Part shown: positions 63,653-64,000 of the stretch, one piece after another
Position numbering within the stretch: position 1 is the stretch's first letter
How the letters are laid out: each line of letters starts with the position of its first letter
DNA from: Felis catus
Lineage: Eukaryota
Direction of reading: 5' to 3'
Assembly (NCBI RefSeq): GCF_018350175.1
Contig: NC_058368.1
Location: 83,764,001 to 83,828,000 of the forward strand
DNA: 64,000 nt
Translations under genes and position numbers: made by a program
The notes under the pieces: generated by a model
Told to the model about the DNA's origin: nothing
The model's input: only the letters and a program-made list of their open reading frames with translations
The model's database searches: none

Positions 63653-64000
63653 AGCAGGCAAACAATCTTGAGGCCACAGTGTGGAAACAACAATTTGAAA
63701 AAAGCCTGGTCCACACAAGGAGCAGATTATTCATTCATCTCCGAGTGCTTACCTGAGAGCAATGGGCACAGAGACCCCTCTCTGGAGACAAGCTGGCTAA
63801 ATACATTTTCCTCCACCAACCTTCAGTATAAACACAGAAGTAAACAGCAAAGCTGCATAACCTGCTTACACCAAATTCGACATGTCTGTGCTGTCACCAC
63901 TGCCCTTCTAAGTCAAGTTTGCCTCAGTCCCAGAGCAATGGGTCTTTTACCCTGAGAACCAGCACTCTCCAGTGTTGAAATTCCTGCCAACACCACAGCT
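63653..64000 (+). mobile_element. L1-K: 5'UTR fragment of the L1-A/F type, runs off the window
   Basis: gcaggcaaaca...gtggaaaca...gattattca...aagtttgcctcagtcccag parallels 9105-9440. Confidence 0.8.

Overview
This is AT-rich mammalian genomic DNA, almost certainly from a felid, judged by tRNA-derived Can-SINEs of the SINEC_Fc type and carnivore/felid LINE-1s. It is a gene-free retrotransposon pile-up, roughly three quarters LINE-1 by my boundaries. I see no host exon, RNA gene or intact autonomous element; the tracked ORFs are L1 ORF1/ORF2 remnants, SINE antisense read-throughs or low-complexity artefacts. Main contents: a decayed ERV-L pol/integrase/dUTPase fossil split by a nested L1 stack (L1-A > L1-B > L1-C and SINEs); near-full-length L1s (B, G); internally deleted L1s (A, D); 3'-truncated L1s (F, H, I, J); about 18 Can-SINEs, many with visible target-site duplications (TSDs); and old L2/L1M fragments. 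The most notable observations are (1) a candidate spliced, retrotransposed L1 (SpIRE-like, L1-J) whose ~1.96 kb 5'UTR deletion starts at an AAG|GTAGGG donor seen in the unspliced sibling L1-G, (2) an RT-less L1 (D) with an in-frame endonuclease/C-terminal fusion and an apparent short 3' transduction, and (3) a tail-less, apparently internally primed L1 ORF2 fragment. Labels L1-A to L1-K are mine. Subfamily names come from recognition by eye, not a database search, and boundaries are approximate unless a TSD is given.
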